Of a stretch of DNA of 64,000 nucleotides, positions 20,503 to 31,640 are shown one piece after another. The translations under genes and the position numbers were made by a program. This stretch comes from Escherichia coli. GTDB taxonomy: Bacteria; Pseudomonadota; Gammaproteobacteria; Enterobacterales; Enterobacteriaceae. How positions within the stretch are numbered: the first letter of the stretch is position 1; each line of letters starts with the position of its first letter. The stretch lies in NCBI RefSeq assembly GCF_003334305.1, contig NZ_QOWS01000011.1; one strand, given 5' to 3'. The notes beneath the pieces are model-generated. The model did not search any database. It saw only the letters and a program-made list of their open reading frames with translations, and was not told the origin of the DNA.

Positions 20503-21582
20503 ATGCAAACACTTGCCGATTTACTGAATACGATCCCTGCTATCGATCCTGCCGCTATGTCGCGTGCACAACGGCATATTGACGGGTTACTCAAACCTGT
20601 TGGTAGCCTGGGAAGGCTGGAGGCGCTTGCCATACAACTGGCAGGAATGCCGGGGTTGAATGGCGTTCCGCATGTGGGCAAAAAAGCGGTACTGGTTATG
20701 TGTGCCGATCACGGCGTCTGGGAGGAAGGGGTCGCTATTTCCCCAAAAGAAGTGACAGCCATTCAGGCTGAAAATATGACCCGCGGAACAACCGGCGTGT
20801 GTGTGCTGGCAGCACAAGCGGGCGCTAACGTCTACGTAATTGATGTTGGTATTGATACTGCTGAGCCTATCCCCGGGCTTATCAACATGCGTGTTGCTCG
20901 AGGTAGTGGCAATATTGCTTCAGCTCCGGCAATGAGTCGCCATCAGGCAGAAAAGTTGCTTTTGGACGTCATATGTTATACGCGGGAGCTGGCAAAAAAC
21001 GGTGTTACGCTGTTTGGTGTAGGTGAACTGGGGATGGCAAACACGACACCGGCAGCGGCAATAGTCAGCACAATCACTGGCCGGGCTCCTGAAGAAGTGG
21101 TTGGGATTGGCGCAAACCTGCCGACAGATAAACTGGCTAATAAAATTGATGTTGTGCGCCGGGCGATTACGTTGAATCAACCAAATCCGCAGGATGGCGT
21201 TGATGTCCTGGCAAAAGTGGGTGGATTTGATTTGGTCGGAATGGCTGGCGTGATGTTAGGCGCTGCTTCCTGCGGTTTACCCGTGTTGCTGGATGGATTT
21301 CTTTCTTATGCTGCCGCGCTCGCAGCCTGCCAGATGTCTCCTGCAATCAAACCGTATCTCATTCCTTCTCACCTGTCGGCAGAAAAAGGGGCGCGTATTG
21401 CGCTGTCGCATTTGGGGCTGGAGCCTTATCTCAATATGGAGATGCGTTTAGGTGAGGGGAGTGGCGCAGCTCTGGCGATGCCCATCATCGAAGCTGCCTG
21501 TGCGATATATAACAACATGGGCGAACTTGCTGCCAGTAATATTGTTCTACCGGGGAATACGACTTCTGATTTGAACAGTTAA
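20503..21582 (+). CDS. cobT: CobT, nicotinate-nucleotide--dimethylbenzimidazole phosphoribosyltransferase
   Basis: 359 aa; [32 protein letters not shown]; size and sequence match CobT. Confidence 0.9.
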   Translation: MQTLADLLNTIPAIDPAAMSRAQRHIDGLLKPVGSLGRLEALAIQLAGMPGLNGVPHVGKKAVLVMCADHGVWEEGVAISPKEVTAIQAENMTRGTTGVCVLAAQAGANVYVIDVGIDTAEPIPGLINMRVARGSGNIASAPAMSRHQAEKLLLDVICYTRELAKNGVTLFGVGELGMANTTPAAAIVSTITGRAPEEVVGIGANLPTDKLANKIDVVRRAITLNQPNPQDGVDVLAKVGGFDLVGMAGVMLGAASCGLPVLLDGFLSYAAALAACQMSPAIKPYLIPSHLSAEKGARIALSHLGLEPYLNMEMRLGEGSGAALAMPIIEAACAIYNNMGELAASNIVLPGNTTSDLNS

Positions 21583-21643
21583 AAACGAAAAGTCTGATAA
21601 AAGCTATACTTAACGGATAGCTTTCGCGACTTAGGAAAGGGAC

Positions 21644-22579
21644 ATGATGCGTCGTGTAAATATTTTTTGCTCATTTGCTCTACTTTTTGCCAGCCATACT
21701 AGCCTGGCGGTAACTTATCCATTACCTCCAGAGGGTAGCCGTTTAGTGGGGCAGTCGTTTACTGTAACTGTTCCTGATCACAATACCCAGCCGCTGGAGA
21801 CTTTTGCCGCACAATACGGGCAAGGGTTAAGTAACATGCTGGAAGCGAACCCGGGCGCTGATGTTTTTTTGCCGAAGTCTGGCTCGCAACTCACCATTCC
21901 GCAGCAACTGATTTTGCCCGCCACTGTTCGTAAAGGGATTGTGGTTAACGTCGCTGAGATGCGTCTTTATTACTACCCACCAGACAGTAATACTGTGGAA
22001 GTCTTTCCTATTGGTATCGGCCAGGCTGGGCGAGAAACCCCGCGTAACTGGGTGACTACCGTTGAACGTAAACAAGAAGCTCCAACCTGGACGCCAACGC
22101 CGAACACTCGGCGCGAATATGCGAAACGAGGGGAGAGTTTGCCCGCATTTGTTCCTGCGGGCCCCGATAATCCCATGGGGCTGTACGCGATTTATATTGG
22201 CAGGTTGTATGCCATCCATGGTACCAATGCCAATTTTGGTATTGGGCTCCGGGTAAGTCAGGGCTGTATTCGTCTGCGCAATGACGATATCAAATATCTG
22301 TTTGATAATGTTCCTGTTGGGACGCGTGTGCAAATTATCGACCAGCCAGTAAAATACACCACTGAACCAGATGGCTCGAACTGGCTGGAAGTTCATGAGC
22401 CGTTGTCGCGCAATCGTGCAGAATATGAGTCTGACCGAAAAGTGCCATTGCCGGTAACCCCATCTTTGCGGGCGTTTATCAGCGGGCAAGAAGTTGATGT
22501 AAATCGCGCAAATGCTGCGTTGCAACGTCGATCGGGAATGCCTGTGCAAATTAGTTCTGGTTCAAGACAGATGTTTTAA
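21644..22579 (+). CDS. ldtA: L,D-transpeptidase LdtA (ErfK)
   Basis: 311 aa; signal peptide then YkuD-type catalytic region with HGT...SQGCIRL; matches recalled E. coli ErfK. Confidence 0.85.
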   Translation: MMRRVNIFCSFALLFASHTSLAVTYPLPPEGSRLVGQSFTVTVPDHNTQPLETFAAQYGQGLSNMLEANPGADVFLPKSGSQLTIPQQLILPATVRKGIVVNVAEMRLYYYPPDSNTVEVFPIGIGQAGRETPRNWVTTVERKQEAPTWTPTPNTRREYAKRGESLPAFVPAGPDNPMGLYAIYIGRLYAIHGTNANFGIGLRVSQGCIRLRNDDIKYLFDNVPVGTRVQIIDQPVKYTTEPDGSNWLEVHEPLSRNRAEYESDRKVPLPVTPSLRAFISGQEVDVNRANAALQRRSGMPVQISSGSRQMF

Positions 22580-22600
22580 GAGCGTTGGTAATTAGAAAGC

Positions 22601-22629
22601 AAAAAGCCTGCTAGAAAGCAGGCTTTTTT
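22601..22629. terminator. hairpin terminator after ldtA, next to asnV
   Basis: aaaaagcctgc tagaa agcaggctttttt: GC stem flanked by A-run and T-run. Confidence 0.6.
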
Positions 22630-22634
22630 GAATT

Positions 22635-22710
22635 TGGCTCCTCTGACTGGACTCGAACCAGTGACATACGGATTAACAGTCCGCCGTTCTACCGACTGAA
22701 CTACAGAGGA
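22635..22710 (-). tRNA. asnV: tRNA-Asn (GUU)
   Basis: 76-nt reverse complement of TCCTCTGTAGTTCAGTCGGTAGAACGGCGGACTGTTAATCCGTATGTCACTGGTTCGAGTCCAGTCAGAGGAGCCA; anticodon loop CTGTTAA. Confidence 0.95.
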
Positions 22711-22965
22711 ATCGTGTGAACGGGGCGCATATTAATGGCAGTGCATGGTGATGTCAAAGGGTGAAATGCATTTTTTTGTTTGTTTGCTGTCAATTTCAAC
22801 AAAGTGGTGAGCTTTCAATCTTATTGGGTAATGAATCATCGTGGTGCATACCCTCCTTTTATAGGGCAGGGGAACGCGACAGCTGATTAAAGGAGCAAAT
22901 GACGAATCTATCATAATCTCTTATTTGACAGTTGGTTAGCTTGTACATCAACGCCAAAATAAAAC

Positions 22966-22981
22966 TGGCAAGCATCTTGCA
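22966..22981 (+). promoter_or_regulatory. sigma-54 (-24/-12) promoter upstream of nac
   Basis: TGGCAAGCATCTTGCA matches TGGCAC-N5-TTGCA spacing exactly, 56 bp upstream of the nac ATG. Confidence 0.65.
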
Positions 22982-23036
22982 GTCTGGTTGTAAGTAATGG
23001 CGGCACTTGGGCCGATTCTTAAAAACCGGAGGCAAC

Positions 23037-23954
23037 ATGAACTTCAGACGCCTGAAATACTTCGTAAAAATTGTAGATATTGGTAGCCTGACCCAGGCTG
23101 CTGAAGTATTGCATATTGCACAACCAGCGCTCAGCCAGCAGGTTGCCACACTGGAAGGTGAGTTAAATCAACAACTTTTGATTCGCACAAAACGGGGCGT
23201 TACGCCAACAGACGCCGGAAAAATTCTCTATACCCATGCGCGGGCCATTTTACGTCAGTGTGAGCAGGCCCAACTGGCGGTGCATAACGTTGGTCAGGCA
23301 TTATCGGGGCAAGTCTCGATTGGCTTTGCGCCAGGAACCGCTGCGTCATCCATCACCATGCCCTTATTACAGGCGGTTCGCGCTGAATTCCCGGAGATCG
23401 TTATCTATCTTCATGAAAATAGCGGTGCAGTGCTTAACGAAAAACTGATAAATCACCAACTCGATATGGCGGTGATTTATGAGCATTCCCCTGTGGCTGG
23501 GGTATCCAGTCAGGCTTTGCTGAAAGAAGATCTTTTCCTGGTAGGAACTCAAGATTGTCCGGGGCAAAGCGTTGATGTGAATGCTATTGCGCAAATGAAC
23601 CTCTTTCTCCCCAGTGATTACAGTGCTATTAGACTTCGTGTTGATGAGGCTTTTTCCCTACGGCGACTCACGGCAAAAGTTATTGGTGAAATTGAGTCTA
23701 TTGCCACGCTAACCGCAGCGATTGCCAGCGGCATGGGCGTTGCAGTATTACCCGAATCGGCCGCGCGTTCGTTATGTGGCGCAGTAAATGGGTGGATGTC
23801 ACGCATTACCACTCCTTCCATGAGTCTCTCTTTGTCATTAAATTTACCCGCCAGAGCGAACTTATCGCCACAGGCACAGGCAGTGAAAGAGTTGTTAATG
23901 TCAGTGATTAGTTCTCCAGTGATGGAAAAAAGGCAGTGGCAATTGGTGAGCTAA
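23037..23954 (+). CDS. nac: Nac, nitrogen assimilation control LysR-family regulator
   Basis: 305 aa from ATG 23037; MNFRRLKYFVKIVDIGSLTQAAEVLHIAQPALSQQV matches recalled Nac N-terminus. Confidence 0.9.
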   Translation: MNFRRLKYFVKIVDIGSLTQAAEVLHIAQPALSQQVATLEGELNQQLLIRTKRGVTPTDAGKILYTHARAILRQCEQAQLAVHNVGQALSGQVSIGFAPGTAASSITMPLLQAVRAEFPEIVIYLHENSGAVLNEKLINHQLDMAVIYEHSPVAGVSSQALLKEDLFLVGTQDCPGQSVDVNAIAQMNLFLPSDYSAIRLRVDEAFSLRRLTAKVIGEIESIATLTAAIASGMGVAVLPESAARSLCGAVNGWMSRITTPSMSLSLSLNLPARANLSPQAQAVKELLMSVISSPVMEKRQWQLVS

Positions 23955-24055
23955 GTGTTATATCGGAATGGAATAAGATGCGGGTTTTTATTATTTGTTA
24001 TGCCGGGCATTAGACTTTAACAATAACGGGAAATCTGAACTGCCCGGAGTTTACC

Positions 24056-25006
24056 GTGAATTTCCAACAACTAAAGATAATCCGCGAGGCTGCACGTCAG
24101 GATTACAACCTGACAGAGGTTGCGAATATGCTTTTTACCTCACAGTCAGGCGTCAGCCGTCATATTCGGGAACTGGAGGATGAACTTGGCATCGAAATAT
24201 TTGTTCGACGAGGTAAGCGACTGCTGGGCATGACTGAACCGGGCAAAGCATTACTGGTCATTGCAGAACGTATTCTGAATGAAGCCAGTAATGTTCGTCG
24301 GCTTGCAGACCTGTTTACCAACGATACGTCTGGCGTTCTCACTATTGCAACGACGCATACTCAGGCACGTTATAGCTTGCCAGAGGTCATTAAAGCTTTT
24401 CGCGAACTTTTCCCGGAGGTTCGGCTCGAGCTAATCCAGGGGACGCCACAGGAAATTGCGACGTTGTTGCAAAATGGCGAAGCTGATATTGGTATCGCCA
24501 GCGAGCGTTTGAGTAATGACCCGCAGCTCGTCGCCTTCCCGTGGTTTCGTTGGCACCATAGTTTGCTTGTTCCACTCGATCATCCCTTAACGCAAATTAC
24601 ACCATTGACGCTGGAATCAATAGCGAAGTGGCCGTTAATCACTTACCGACGGGGGATTACGGGGCGCTCACGTATTGATGACGCATTTGCCCGCAAAGGT
24701 TTGCTGGCAGATATTGTATTAAGTGCGCAGGATTCTGATGTCATTAAAACCTATGTTGCTCTTGGGCTTGGGATCGGATTAGTTGCCGAACAATCCAGCG
24801 GCGAACAAGAGGAAGAGAATTTAATCCGTCTGGATACGCGGCATCTTTTCGATGCTAATACTGTCTGGTTGGGACTGAAGCGAGGACAACTTCAGCGTAA
24901 CTATGTCTGGCGCTTTCTGGAACTTTGTAATGCAGGACTGTCAGTTGAGGATATCAAGCGGCAGGTGATGGAAAACAGTGAAGAGGAAATTGATTATCAG
25001 ATATAG
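24056..25006 (+). CDS. cbl: Cbl, LysR-family regulator of sulfonate-sulfur utilisation
   Basis: 316 aa; MNFQQLKIIREAARQDYNLTEVANMLFTSQSGVSRHI; CysB-like. Confidence 0.85.
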   Translation: MNFQQLKIIREAARQDYNLTEVANMLFTSQSGVSRHIRELEDELGIEIFVRRGKRLLGMTEPGKALLVIAERILNEASNVRRLADLFTNDTSGVLTIATTHTQARYSLPEVIKAFRELFPEVRLELIQGTPQEIATLLQNGEADIGIASERLSNDPQLVAFPWFRWHHSLLVPLDHPLTQITPLTLESIAKWPLITYRRGITGRSRIDDAFARKGLLADIVLSAQDSDVIKTYVALGLGIGLVAEQSSGEQEEENLIRLDTRHLFDANTVWLGLKRGQLQRNYVWRFLELCNAGLSVEDIKRQVMENSEEEIDYQI

Positions 25007-25008
25007 CA

Positions 25009-25035
25009 AAAAGCCCGCTATAAAAGCGGGCTTTT
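25009..25035. terminator. hairpin terminator after cbl
   Basis: aaaagcccgc tataa aagcgggctttt immediately after cbl stop. Confidence 0.6.
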
Positions 25036-25043
25036 CAGAAATT

Positions 25044-25119
25044 TGGCTCCTCTGACTGGACTCGAACCAGTGACATACGGATTAACAGTCCGCCGTTCTA
25101 CCGACTGAACTACAGAGGA
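25044..25119 (-). tRNA. asnU: tRNA-Asn (GUU)
   Basis: Sequence identical to the tRNA at 22635-22710. Confidence 0.95.
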
Positions 25120-25279
25120 ATCGCTGTTGAGGCACATCTTAACGGCGAAAAATCTTTTGTCAAACCCGATTTTTAAATTCCCCAACTGTTTGCCGTTTCT
25201 ATCAACAGTTTGTTGCATTTGCAGACAATTTGTTGGCGAAAATCTTTGCAGCTTTGCTGATTCTCCCTCATTATTTGAA

Positions 25280-26767
25280 ATGTGGTTTCACTTTCTGCAA
25301 TTAAGGTCGGCTTTGAATATCTCCTCTGCTTTACGCCAGGTTGTTCACGGCACTCGCTGGCACGCTAAACGCAAGAGCTACAAAGTGTTGTTCTGGCGCG
25401 AGATAACCCCGCTTGCTGTTCCTATCTTCATGGAGAATGCCTGTGTCCTGTTGATGGGTGTCCTGAGCACTTTTCTGGTCAGCTGGCTGGGAAAAGATGC
25501 GATGGCCGGCGTGGGATTGGCGGACAGCTTCAATATGGTCATTATGGCTTTTTTTGCTGCTATCGATCTTGGTACTACTGTCGTTGTGGCATTTAGTCTC
25601 GGTAAGCGGGATCGACGACGAGCGAGGGTGGCGACGCGGCAGTCATTGGTGATCATGACGTTGTTTGCCGTACTGTTGGCAACGCTTATTCATCATTTTG
25701 GCGAACAAATTATTGATTTCGTCGCGGGTGATGCCACGACAGAAGTTAAAGCACTGGCGTTGACTTATCTGGAGCTGACGGCACTCAGTTATCCAGCAGC
25801 TGCCATCACTTTGATTGGTAGCGGGGCACTTCGTGGTGCAGGGAATACGAAAATACCGCTACTGATTAACGGTAGCCTGAATATTCTTAATATTATTATT
25901 AGCGGCATATTGATTTACGGCCTTTTCTCCTGGCCGGGACTGGGATTTGTCGGGGCTGGGTTGGGTTTAACCATTTCTCGTTATATTGGCGCAGTTGCAA
26001 TTTTGTGGGTGCTGGCGATTGGTTTTAATCCTGCGCTAAGGATTTCGTTAAAGAGCTATTTTAAACCGCTGAATTTTAGCATTATCTGGGAAGTCATGGG
26101 GATTGGTATTCCAGCGAGTGTCGAATCAGTGTTATTTACCAGTGGTCGGTTATTAACCCAAATGTTCGTTGCCGGGATGGGGACCAGTGTTATTGCCGGA
26201 AATTTTATCGCGTTTTCAATTGCGGCTCTTATCAACTTACCCGGAAGTGCGCTCGGCTCTGCTTCTACGATCATTACAGGCCGAAGGTTGGGGGTAGGGC
26301 AGATAGCGCAAGCAGAGATTCAGTTGCGGCATGTGTTCTGGCTTTCCACTCTTGGATTAACGGCCATCGCCTGGCTAACGGCTCCCTTTGCCGGGGTTAT
26401 GGCATCGTTTTACACCCAGGATCCACAGGTTAAACATGTCGTTGTGATTCTGATTTGGCTAAATGCTTTATTTATGCCTATTTGGTCCGCCTCATGGGTG
26501 CTACCCGCTGGATTTAAAGGTGCTCGCGATGCCCGTTACGCCATGTGGGTTTCTATGTTGAGCATGTGGGGTTGCCGGGTTGTCGTCGGTTATGTGCTGG
26601 GCATCATGCTTGGCTGGGGTGTGGTTGGTGTCTGGATGGGAATGTTTGCCGACTGGGCTGTGCGGGCCGTGCTGTTTTACTGGCGAATGGTTACTGGACG
26701 TTGGCTGTGGAAATACCCTCGATCCGAACCGCAAAAGTGTGAAAAAAAGCCAGCTGTGTCGGAATAA
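25280..26767 (+). CDS. yeeO: YeeO, MATE-family efflux transporter
   Basis: 495 aa from ATG 25280 (ORF track extends upstream to 25127); 12-TM hydrophobic profile; position between two tRNA-Asn genes as in K-12; start choice uncertain. Confidence 0.75.
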   Translation: MWFHFLQLRSALNISSALRQVVHGTRWHAKRKSYKVLFWREITPLAVPIFMENACVLLMGVLSTFLVSWLGKDAMAGVGLADSFNMVIMAFFAAIDLGTTVVVAFSLGKRDRRRARVATRQSLVIMTLFAVLLATLIHHFGEQIIDFVAGDATTEVKALALTYLELTALSYPAAAITLIGSGALRGAGNTKIPLLINGSLNILNIIISGILIYGLFSWPGLGFVGAGLGLTISRYIGAVAILWVLAIGFNPALRISLKSYFKPLNFSIIWEVMGIGIPASVESVLFTSGRLLTQMFVAGMGTSVIAGNFIAFSIAALINLPGSALGSASTIITGRRLGVGQIAQAEIQLRHVFWLSTLGLTAIAWLTAPFAGVMASFYTQDPQVKHVVVILIWLNALFMPIWSASWVLPAGFKGARDARYAMWVSMLSMWGCRVVVGYVLGIMLGWGVVGVWMGMFADWAVRAVLFYWRMVTGRWLWKYPRSEPQKCEKKPAVSE

Positions 26768-26867
26768 ACGACAAAATGCAGATTATTTCAGCAAACGATT
26801 TCAAATTTAAAAAACAGGCTTTGACATTATGGGTGGGCATCGCTAATATTCGTCTCGTTCTCACGAT

Positions 26868-26943
26868 TCCTCTGTAGTTCAGTCGGTAGAACGGCGGACT
26901 GTTAATCCGTATGTCACTGGTTCGAGTCCAGTCAGAGGAGCCA
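26868..26943 (+). tRNA. asnW: tRNA-Asn (GUU)
   Basis: TCCTCTGTAGTTCAGTCGGTAGAACGGCGGACTGTTAATCCGTATGTCACTGGTTCGAGTCCAGTCAGAGGAGCCA, identical to the other two copies. Confidence 0.95.
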
Positions 26944-27354
26944 AATTTTAGTTTTGAGATATCTCTATGAGTCTCAAAACAGTTAAAAAATAAAAATTAT
27001 TTTTACCCGGTTACCTTGTAAAAAAGTGACCGGGTTTTTTGATTTCTGTGTTTCGTGCGCTTAATCGAGTCTCACGCTTCAGTGAGCAAGTTGCCCCCAA
27101 CAGACATCACGATTCGCAAGGTCAAAAACTCTGTTCCATGAAGTACCGTACAAAGATAAAGAGAAAAATGCCTTATGCGGGATGTCGCTATCGCGTCTTT
27201 ATCGGGAAACTATGCGTTATTGCCACTTTGCCTTCTGTAATCAGAAAAAGAAGAACTGGAATTTTAATAAATATTATTTCTCTGGGAACGGGGATTTTTT
27301 ATAATCAATATGACGAGTTGAACATTATATTTTTTATAAGGGTTATATGAGATT

Positions 27355-27385
27355 AAAGAAATCTGCCGTAAAGACAGATTTCTTT
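27355..27385 (-). terminator. hairpin downstream of yeeN
   Basis: Inverted repeat aaagaaatctg ccgtaaag acagatttcttt; no strong U-run. Confidence 0.4.
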
Positions 27386-27394
27386 AAAAGATAA

Positions 27395-28111
27395 TTAGAG
27401 ATTTGCGACGTTATGATAAACTTTTTGTACATCGTCGTCATCTTCAAGGGCATCAACAAGCCCTTCAAAGATTTCTAAATCTTCTGGGGAAAGCTCAACT
27501 TCAGATTGAGCAATCATTTCTAATTCTGTTGTTGAGAACTCAGTGATTCCAGCTGCTTTTAGAGCCGCGATTCCTTTATGAAGGTCAGTAGGTTCAGTAT
27601 AAATAACAATGTTACCTTCTTCTTCAGTCACATCACGAACATCAACTTCAGCTTCAAGTAAAATTTCAAAAATATGGTCAGGGTCTGTCCCTTTAAATAC
27701 AATCACACCCGTATTGTCAAACATATAGCTGACAGAACCTGCCGCTCCGATATTGCCGCCTTTTTTATTGAAAATTGTGCGAACGTTAGCAATCGTACGG
27801 TTAACATTTGAAGTCAATGTCTCGGCGATAATCATTGAGCCATTAGGACCAAAGCCTTCATAACGTCCCTGCACGAACGTTTCATCTCCGCCGCCTTTGG
27901 CTTTATCAATTGCTTTATCAATAACGTGCTTTGGAACTTGTGCCTGCTTTGCACGTTCAATAACGAATTTTAAAGATGTGTTTAATTCTGGATCAGGTTC
28001 ACCTTGTTTGGCAGCAGCATAGATTTCTACACCGAATTTTGCATAAATTTTAGACGTTGCACCGTCTTTAGCCGTTTTTTTAGCAACAATATTGGCCCAT
28101 TTACGTCCCAC
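27395..28111 (-). CDS. yeeN: YeeN, YebC/PmpR-family probable transcriptional regulator
   Basis: 238 aa; [31 protein letters not shown] typical of the YebC family. Confidence 0.85.
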
Positions 28112-28453
28112 TGGAATGATCTCCTCGAAAATTTATTTACATTACAGGTAAATCGTTAACATGTGTTAATTCGGCATATTATATCATAACAGGAAAAATC
28201 TCGTCTATTAGAAATAAAAATATTCTAAAGCCATAATCTTATATTTTGTTTTATAAATACTAATGTTGTTGGCGGGATTTTTTATAATTATGTTTTTAAA
28301 GCATACTTGCTTTTAATATGCGGAAATCATTAAGACGATAATGAAACTCGCATTTGCCCAAGGAAGCAAACAGCCCGCGTTTATTGCAGGCTATTTGCCA
28401 GATGTCTTACTTAATCCTTCACATCTATTTCTGATAAGAAGGTTCAGAACTTA

Positions 28454-29908
28454 TTATCGGAACGGCGGCTCATTAAAGGTTCGTAATTTACGTGAATGCA
28501 GTCGGTCGCCTTCTGCGCGCAGCAAATCGATCGCCCGAATGCCAATTTGTAGGTGTTCGGAAATAGCGCCTTCATAAAAACGGTTAGCCTGACCGGGAAG
28601 TTTAATCTCGCCATGCAACGGTTTATCTGAAACACACAGTAGTGTCCCGTATGGCACGCGGAAACGATATCCTTGCGCGGCAATGGTTGCACTTTCCATA
28701 TCAATTGCTACGGCCCGGCTTAAGTTAAAACGAAGTGCAGAAGCTGAGTAACGTAATTCCCAGTTCCTGTCATCTGTGGTTACCACAGTACCAGTACGTA
28801 GCCGCTGTTTGACTTCCTCACCGGGCCTGCCACTCACCAGCTTGGTGGCGTCATAAAGCGCACGTTGCACTTCAGCAATGCTCGGAATAGGAATATCGGG
28901 CGGCAGAACCGCATCAAGAACGTGGTCATCGCGTAAATAAGCGTGTGCAAGTACATAATCGCCAATGGCCTGACTTTCACGTAATCCGCCACAGTGACCA
29001 ATCATCAACCAGACATCCGGGCGTAGCACTGCCAGATGATCGCAGATGGTTTTAGCATTTGACGGTCCCACGCCAATATTCACCAGAGTAATACCCTGAC
29101 CATCGGCGGTAATTAAATGCCATGCTGGCATCTGATGTTTTTTCCATGCAAGGTCGGAAATGGCTTCTTCTGGCGCTTCGGTTTCGGCGGTGATCCAGTT
29201 CCCGCCAGCACAAGAAAGGGCAATGTAGGGACTATCAGGATCGAGGATCTGGCTGCATCCCCAACGAACGAATTCATCCACATAACGTGTGTAGTTGGTA
29301 AACAAGACGAACGGTTGAAAATGTTCTACTGGCGTACCGGTATAATGGCGCAACCGTGCGAGGGAAAAATCAACCCGGCGAGCATCAAAATGCGATAACG
29401 GGGAGAATTCCGTTGGATGATAAATGCCGTCTGCAGTTTCATCGCCGATTTGCGCCAGTTCTGTTGTCGGGAAGTAGCGAGTTAAACCAGCGCTCATTGA
29501 GCGATCAAGTGTCAATTCAGAGCCATCAATGACATAAGGATAAGGGATTTCATGCTGCGAGGGTTGCACAGAGATATGCGCACCATAATCCTGATACAGC
29601 AACGTAAGTTGTTCATTGAGATACGAACGAAAGAGAGTAGGGCGAGTAATCGTGGTGGTGTAGCTGCCTGCGTGAGTAAAACGACCAAATGCGCGCGTTT
29701 TGGGGGGATTAGTTGTGCTACCGTCCCAGGTTACGGTCAGTGATGGATAGACAAAAAGACCTTGTTTGCGGGCGTTTTCATCAGGTAATTCGCCACTTGT
29801 AATATATTTGCCAATGGCGTTGCGTAAAGCAACTACAGATTGCTCATACAGCGCGTCGAGTTTATCCAGTGCCTGAGCTGGGGTCAGACCGGAGCCCTTA
29901 TTATTCAT
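28454..29908 (-). CDS. amn: AMP nucleosidase
   Basis: 484 aa from ATG 29908 (MNNKGSGLTPAQALDKLDALYEQ); ORF track shows a 21-codon upstream extension. Confidence 0.9.
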   Translation of the reverse strand: MNNKGSGLTPAQALDKLDALYEQSVVALRNAIGKYITSGELPDENARKQGLFVYPSLTVTWDGSTTNPPKTRAFGRFTHAGSYTTTITRPTLFRSYLNEQLTLLYQDYGAHISVQPSQHEIPYPYVIDGSELTLDRSMSAGLTRYFPTTELAQIGDETADGIYHPTEFSPLSHFDARRVDFSLARLRHYTGTPVEHFQPFVLFTNYTRYVDEFVRWGCSQILDPDSPYIALSCAGGNWITAETEAPEEAISDLAWKKHQMPAWHLITADGQGITLVNIGVGPSNAKTICDHLAVLRPDVWLMIGHCGGLRESQAIGDYVLAHAYLRDDHVLDAVLPPDIPIPSIAEVQRALYDATKLVSGRPGEEVKQRLRTGTVVTTDDRNWELRYSASALRFNLSRAVAIDMESATIAAQGYRFRVPYGTLLCVSDKPLHGEIKLPGQANRFYEGAISEHLQIGIRAIDLLRAEGDRLHSRKLRTFNEPPFR

Positions 29909-29980
29909 GTGTGTCTCCTGTTCCATACAATTACCGCACATCCGATAGTATGTCACAGGAATGTGAAACAAAAGTATAAG

Positions 29981-30002
29981 GCGAAGATCGGATGATCTTC
30001 GC
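29981..30002 (-). terminator. hairpin downstream of shiA
   Basis: gcgaagatc ggat gatcttcgc just 3' of the shiA stop. Confidence 0.45.
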
Positions 30003-30009
30003 TAGGCTA

Positions 30010-31326
30010 TCACGAGCGTTGATTGTCTTTCATCAATAAAGCGGTCATTGCAGAAATCAGGCATCCAGCCAGCAAATAAATGGCGACGCTATGCCAGTTC
30101 CCGGCAAAGTAAGTGATGAGTGCAGCGGCAATAAAAGGTGTAAATCCACCGCCAACCACACTGGCAACCTGATAACCGACTCCAGCACCACTGTAGCGAT
30201 AACTGGCACCAAACATTTCGGTAAACATCGGTTGTTGCACACACACCACCATGTCATGCGCAATGTTTGCCAGCATTATGGAGAAGAAAACTATCCAGAA
30301 AATAGATTGTGCTTCAAGCGCCATAAAGAAAGGAAATGCGCTCAACGTTCCGATCAACGCGCCTGTGATATAAACCCTGCGCCGACCAAAACGATCGGCA
30401 AGCCAGGCAAAACAGGGAATTGTCAGGCAGCTTAATCCACCTACCAGCAAACCAATATTAAGGAAAAGTTCGCGCGGTAACCCCATATTCTGGGTTGAAT
30501 AATTAAGTGCAAAGGCAGTAACAATGTACATCGTCAGCAACTCGCACAGTCGTAGTGCAATAATCTTCAGGAAAGCACCGGGATGTCGTAACAGAGCTTC
30601 GATAACCGGGATGCGTTTTTTCGCGGCCGCTTGATTATGTTGCTGTTGTTCAAATTCCGCGGACTCCTCCATGCCATTGCGCACCCACAATGCTCCCAGT
30701 ACCAGTACGATGCTAAACAGGAAAGGAATGCGCCAGCCCCAGCTTAAAAACTGTTCGTCAGTCGTCATCATACTGATCAATGAAACCAGTCCGGTTGAAA
30801 GCAGTAAACCTACTCCGTAGCCAACTTGTACACCGCTACTGTAAAAGGCTTTTTTATTTTTCGGCGCACTTTCAACGGAAAGCAACGCTGCGCCTCCCCA
30901 TTCGCCGCCGACGGCAAATCCCTGAATGGCACGCAGTGTCACCAGCAAAATAGGTGCCCACCACCCAATGGTCGAGAATGAAGGAAGAATACCAATCAAG
31001 GCTGTCGCGATGCCCATCATCCAGACGGTCAGCATTAACATGCGCTTACGTCCCAGCCGGTCACCAAAGTGACCGAAAATGACACCGCCGAGCGGTCGGA
31101 AAAGGAAGCCGACACCAAAGGTGGCAAATGCGGCGAGCGTTCCCATCGCCGGGCTTACCTGCGGGAAAAACTCGCGATTAAACACCAGTGCGGCGGTAAT
31201 GCCATAGAGTAAAAAATCATACCAGTCGACGACGGCACCAGCGAAACTGCCTAACGCAGCTCGTCGGGCGCGACTTAACGAAAGCGTCCCTTCATCGGGA
31301 CGAGTGGAGATGAGCGTGGAGTCCAT
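30010..31326 (-). CDS. shiA: ShiA, shikimate:H+ symporter (MFS)
   Basis: 438 aa; MFS sugar-transporter signature GHFGDRLGRKRMLMLTVWMMG; position next to amn as in K-12. Confidence 0.85.
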   Translation of the reverse strand: MDSTLISTRPDEGTLSLSRARRAALGSFAGAVVDWYDFLLYGITAALVFNREFFPQVSPAMGTLAAFATFGVGFLFRPLGGVIFGHFGDRLGRKRMLMLTVWMMGIATALIGILPSFSTIGWWAPILLVTLRAIQGFAVGGEWGGAALLSVESAPKNKKAFYSSGVQVGYGVGLLLSTGLVSLISMMTTDEQFLSWGWRIPFLFSIVLVLGALWVRNGMEESAEFEQQQHNQAAAKKRIPVIEALLRHPGAFLKIIALRLCELLTMYIVTAFALNYSTQNMGLPRELFLNIGLLVGGLSCLTIPCFAWLADRFGRRRVYITGALIGTLSAFPFFMALEAQSIFWIVFFSIMLANIAHDMVVCVQQPMFTEMFGASYRYSGAGVGYQVASVVGGGFTPFIAAALITYFAGNWHSVAIYLLAGCLISAMTALLMKDNQRS

Positions 31327-31640
31327 AATGATCCTGTTTGTACTGTCTTTTTATAATTAGTATGGAAAAGGTAACTCACATTGCCGTCGATCTATAAACG
31401 AACCTTATGAGACTACCTCGACAGAGCGAATCTGCAAATGATTTTATGGCTGATTAACGGCAACATGAAAAATTCGATGGAAGATGAAAGCGCAGGAGTT
31501 GCTGGTGTTGTTTAAGGATTAAGCAGAGGGCCCACAGGTTCGAGATATGAAACATAAAAGTCCGCATATGCACAAAATTGCACCCTGATGATTCTGATAG
31601 ACTGCATTGCATTATAACCAGTAGGGAGGCGAGGTTAGTT

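Noticed and set aside
21827-22549. 240-aa minus-strand ORF antisense to ldtA
   Set aside because: Fully overlaps the recognised ldtA (erfK) coding sequence; shadow ORF
25127-25279. 51-codon upstream extension of yeeO in the ORF track
   Set aside because: Extension runs into the tRNA-Asn flank; the internal ATG at 25280 gives the expected 495-aa protein
27039-27350. 103-aa ORF in the asnW-yeeN intergenic region
   Set aside because: AT-rich spacer with hairpins; odd composition and no RBS; more likely non-coding
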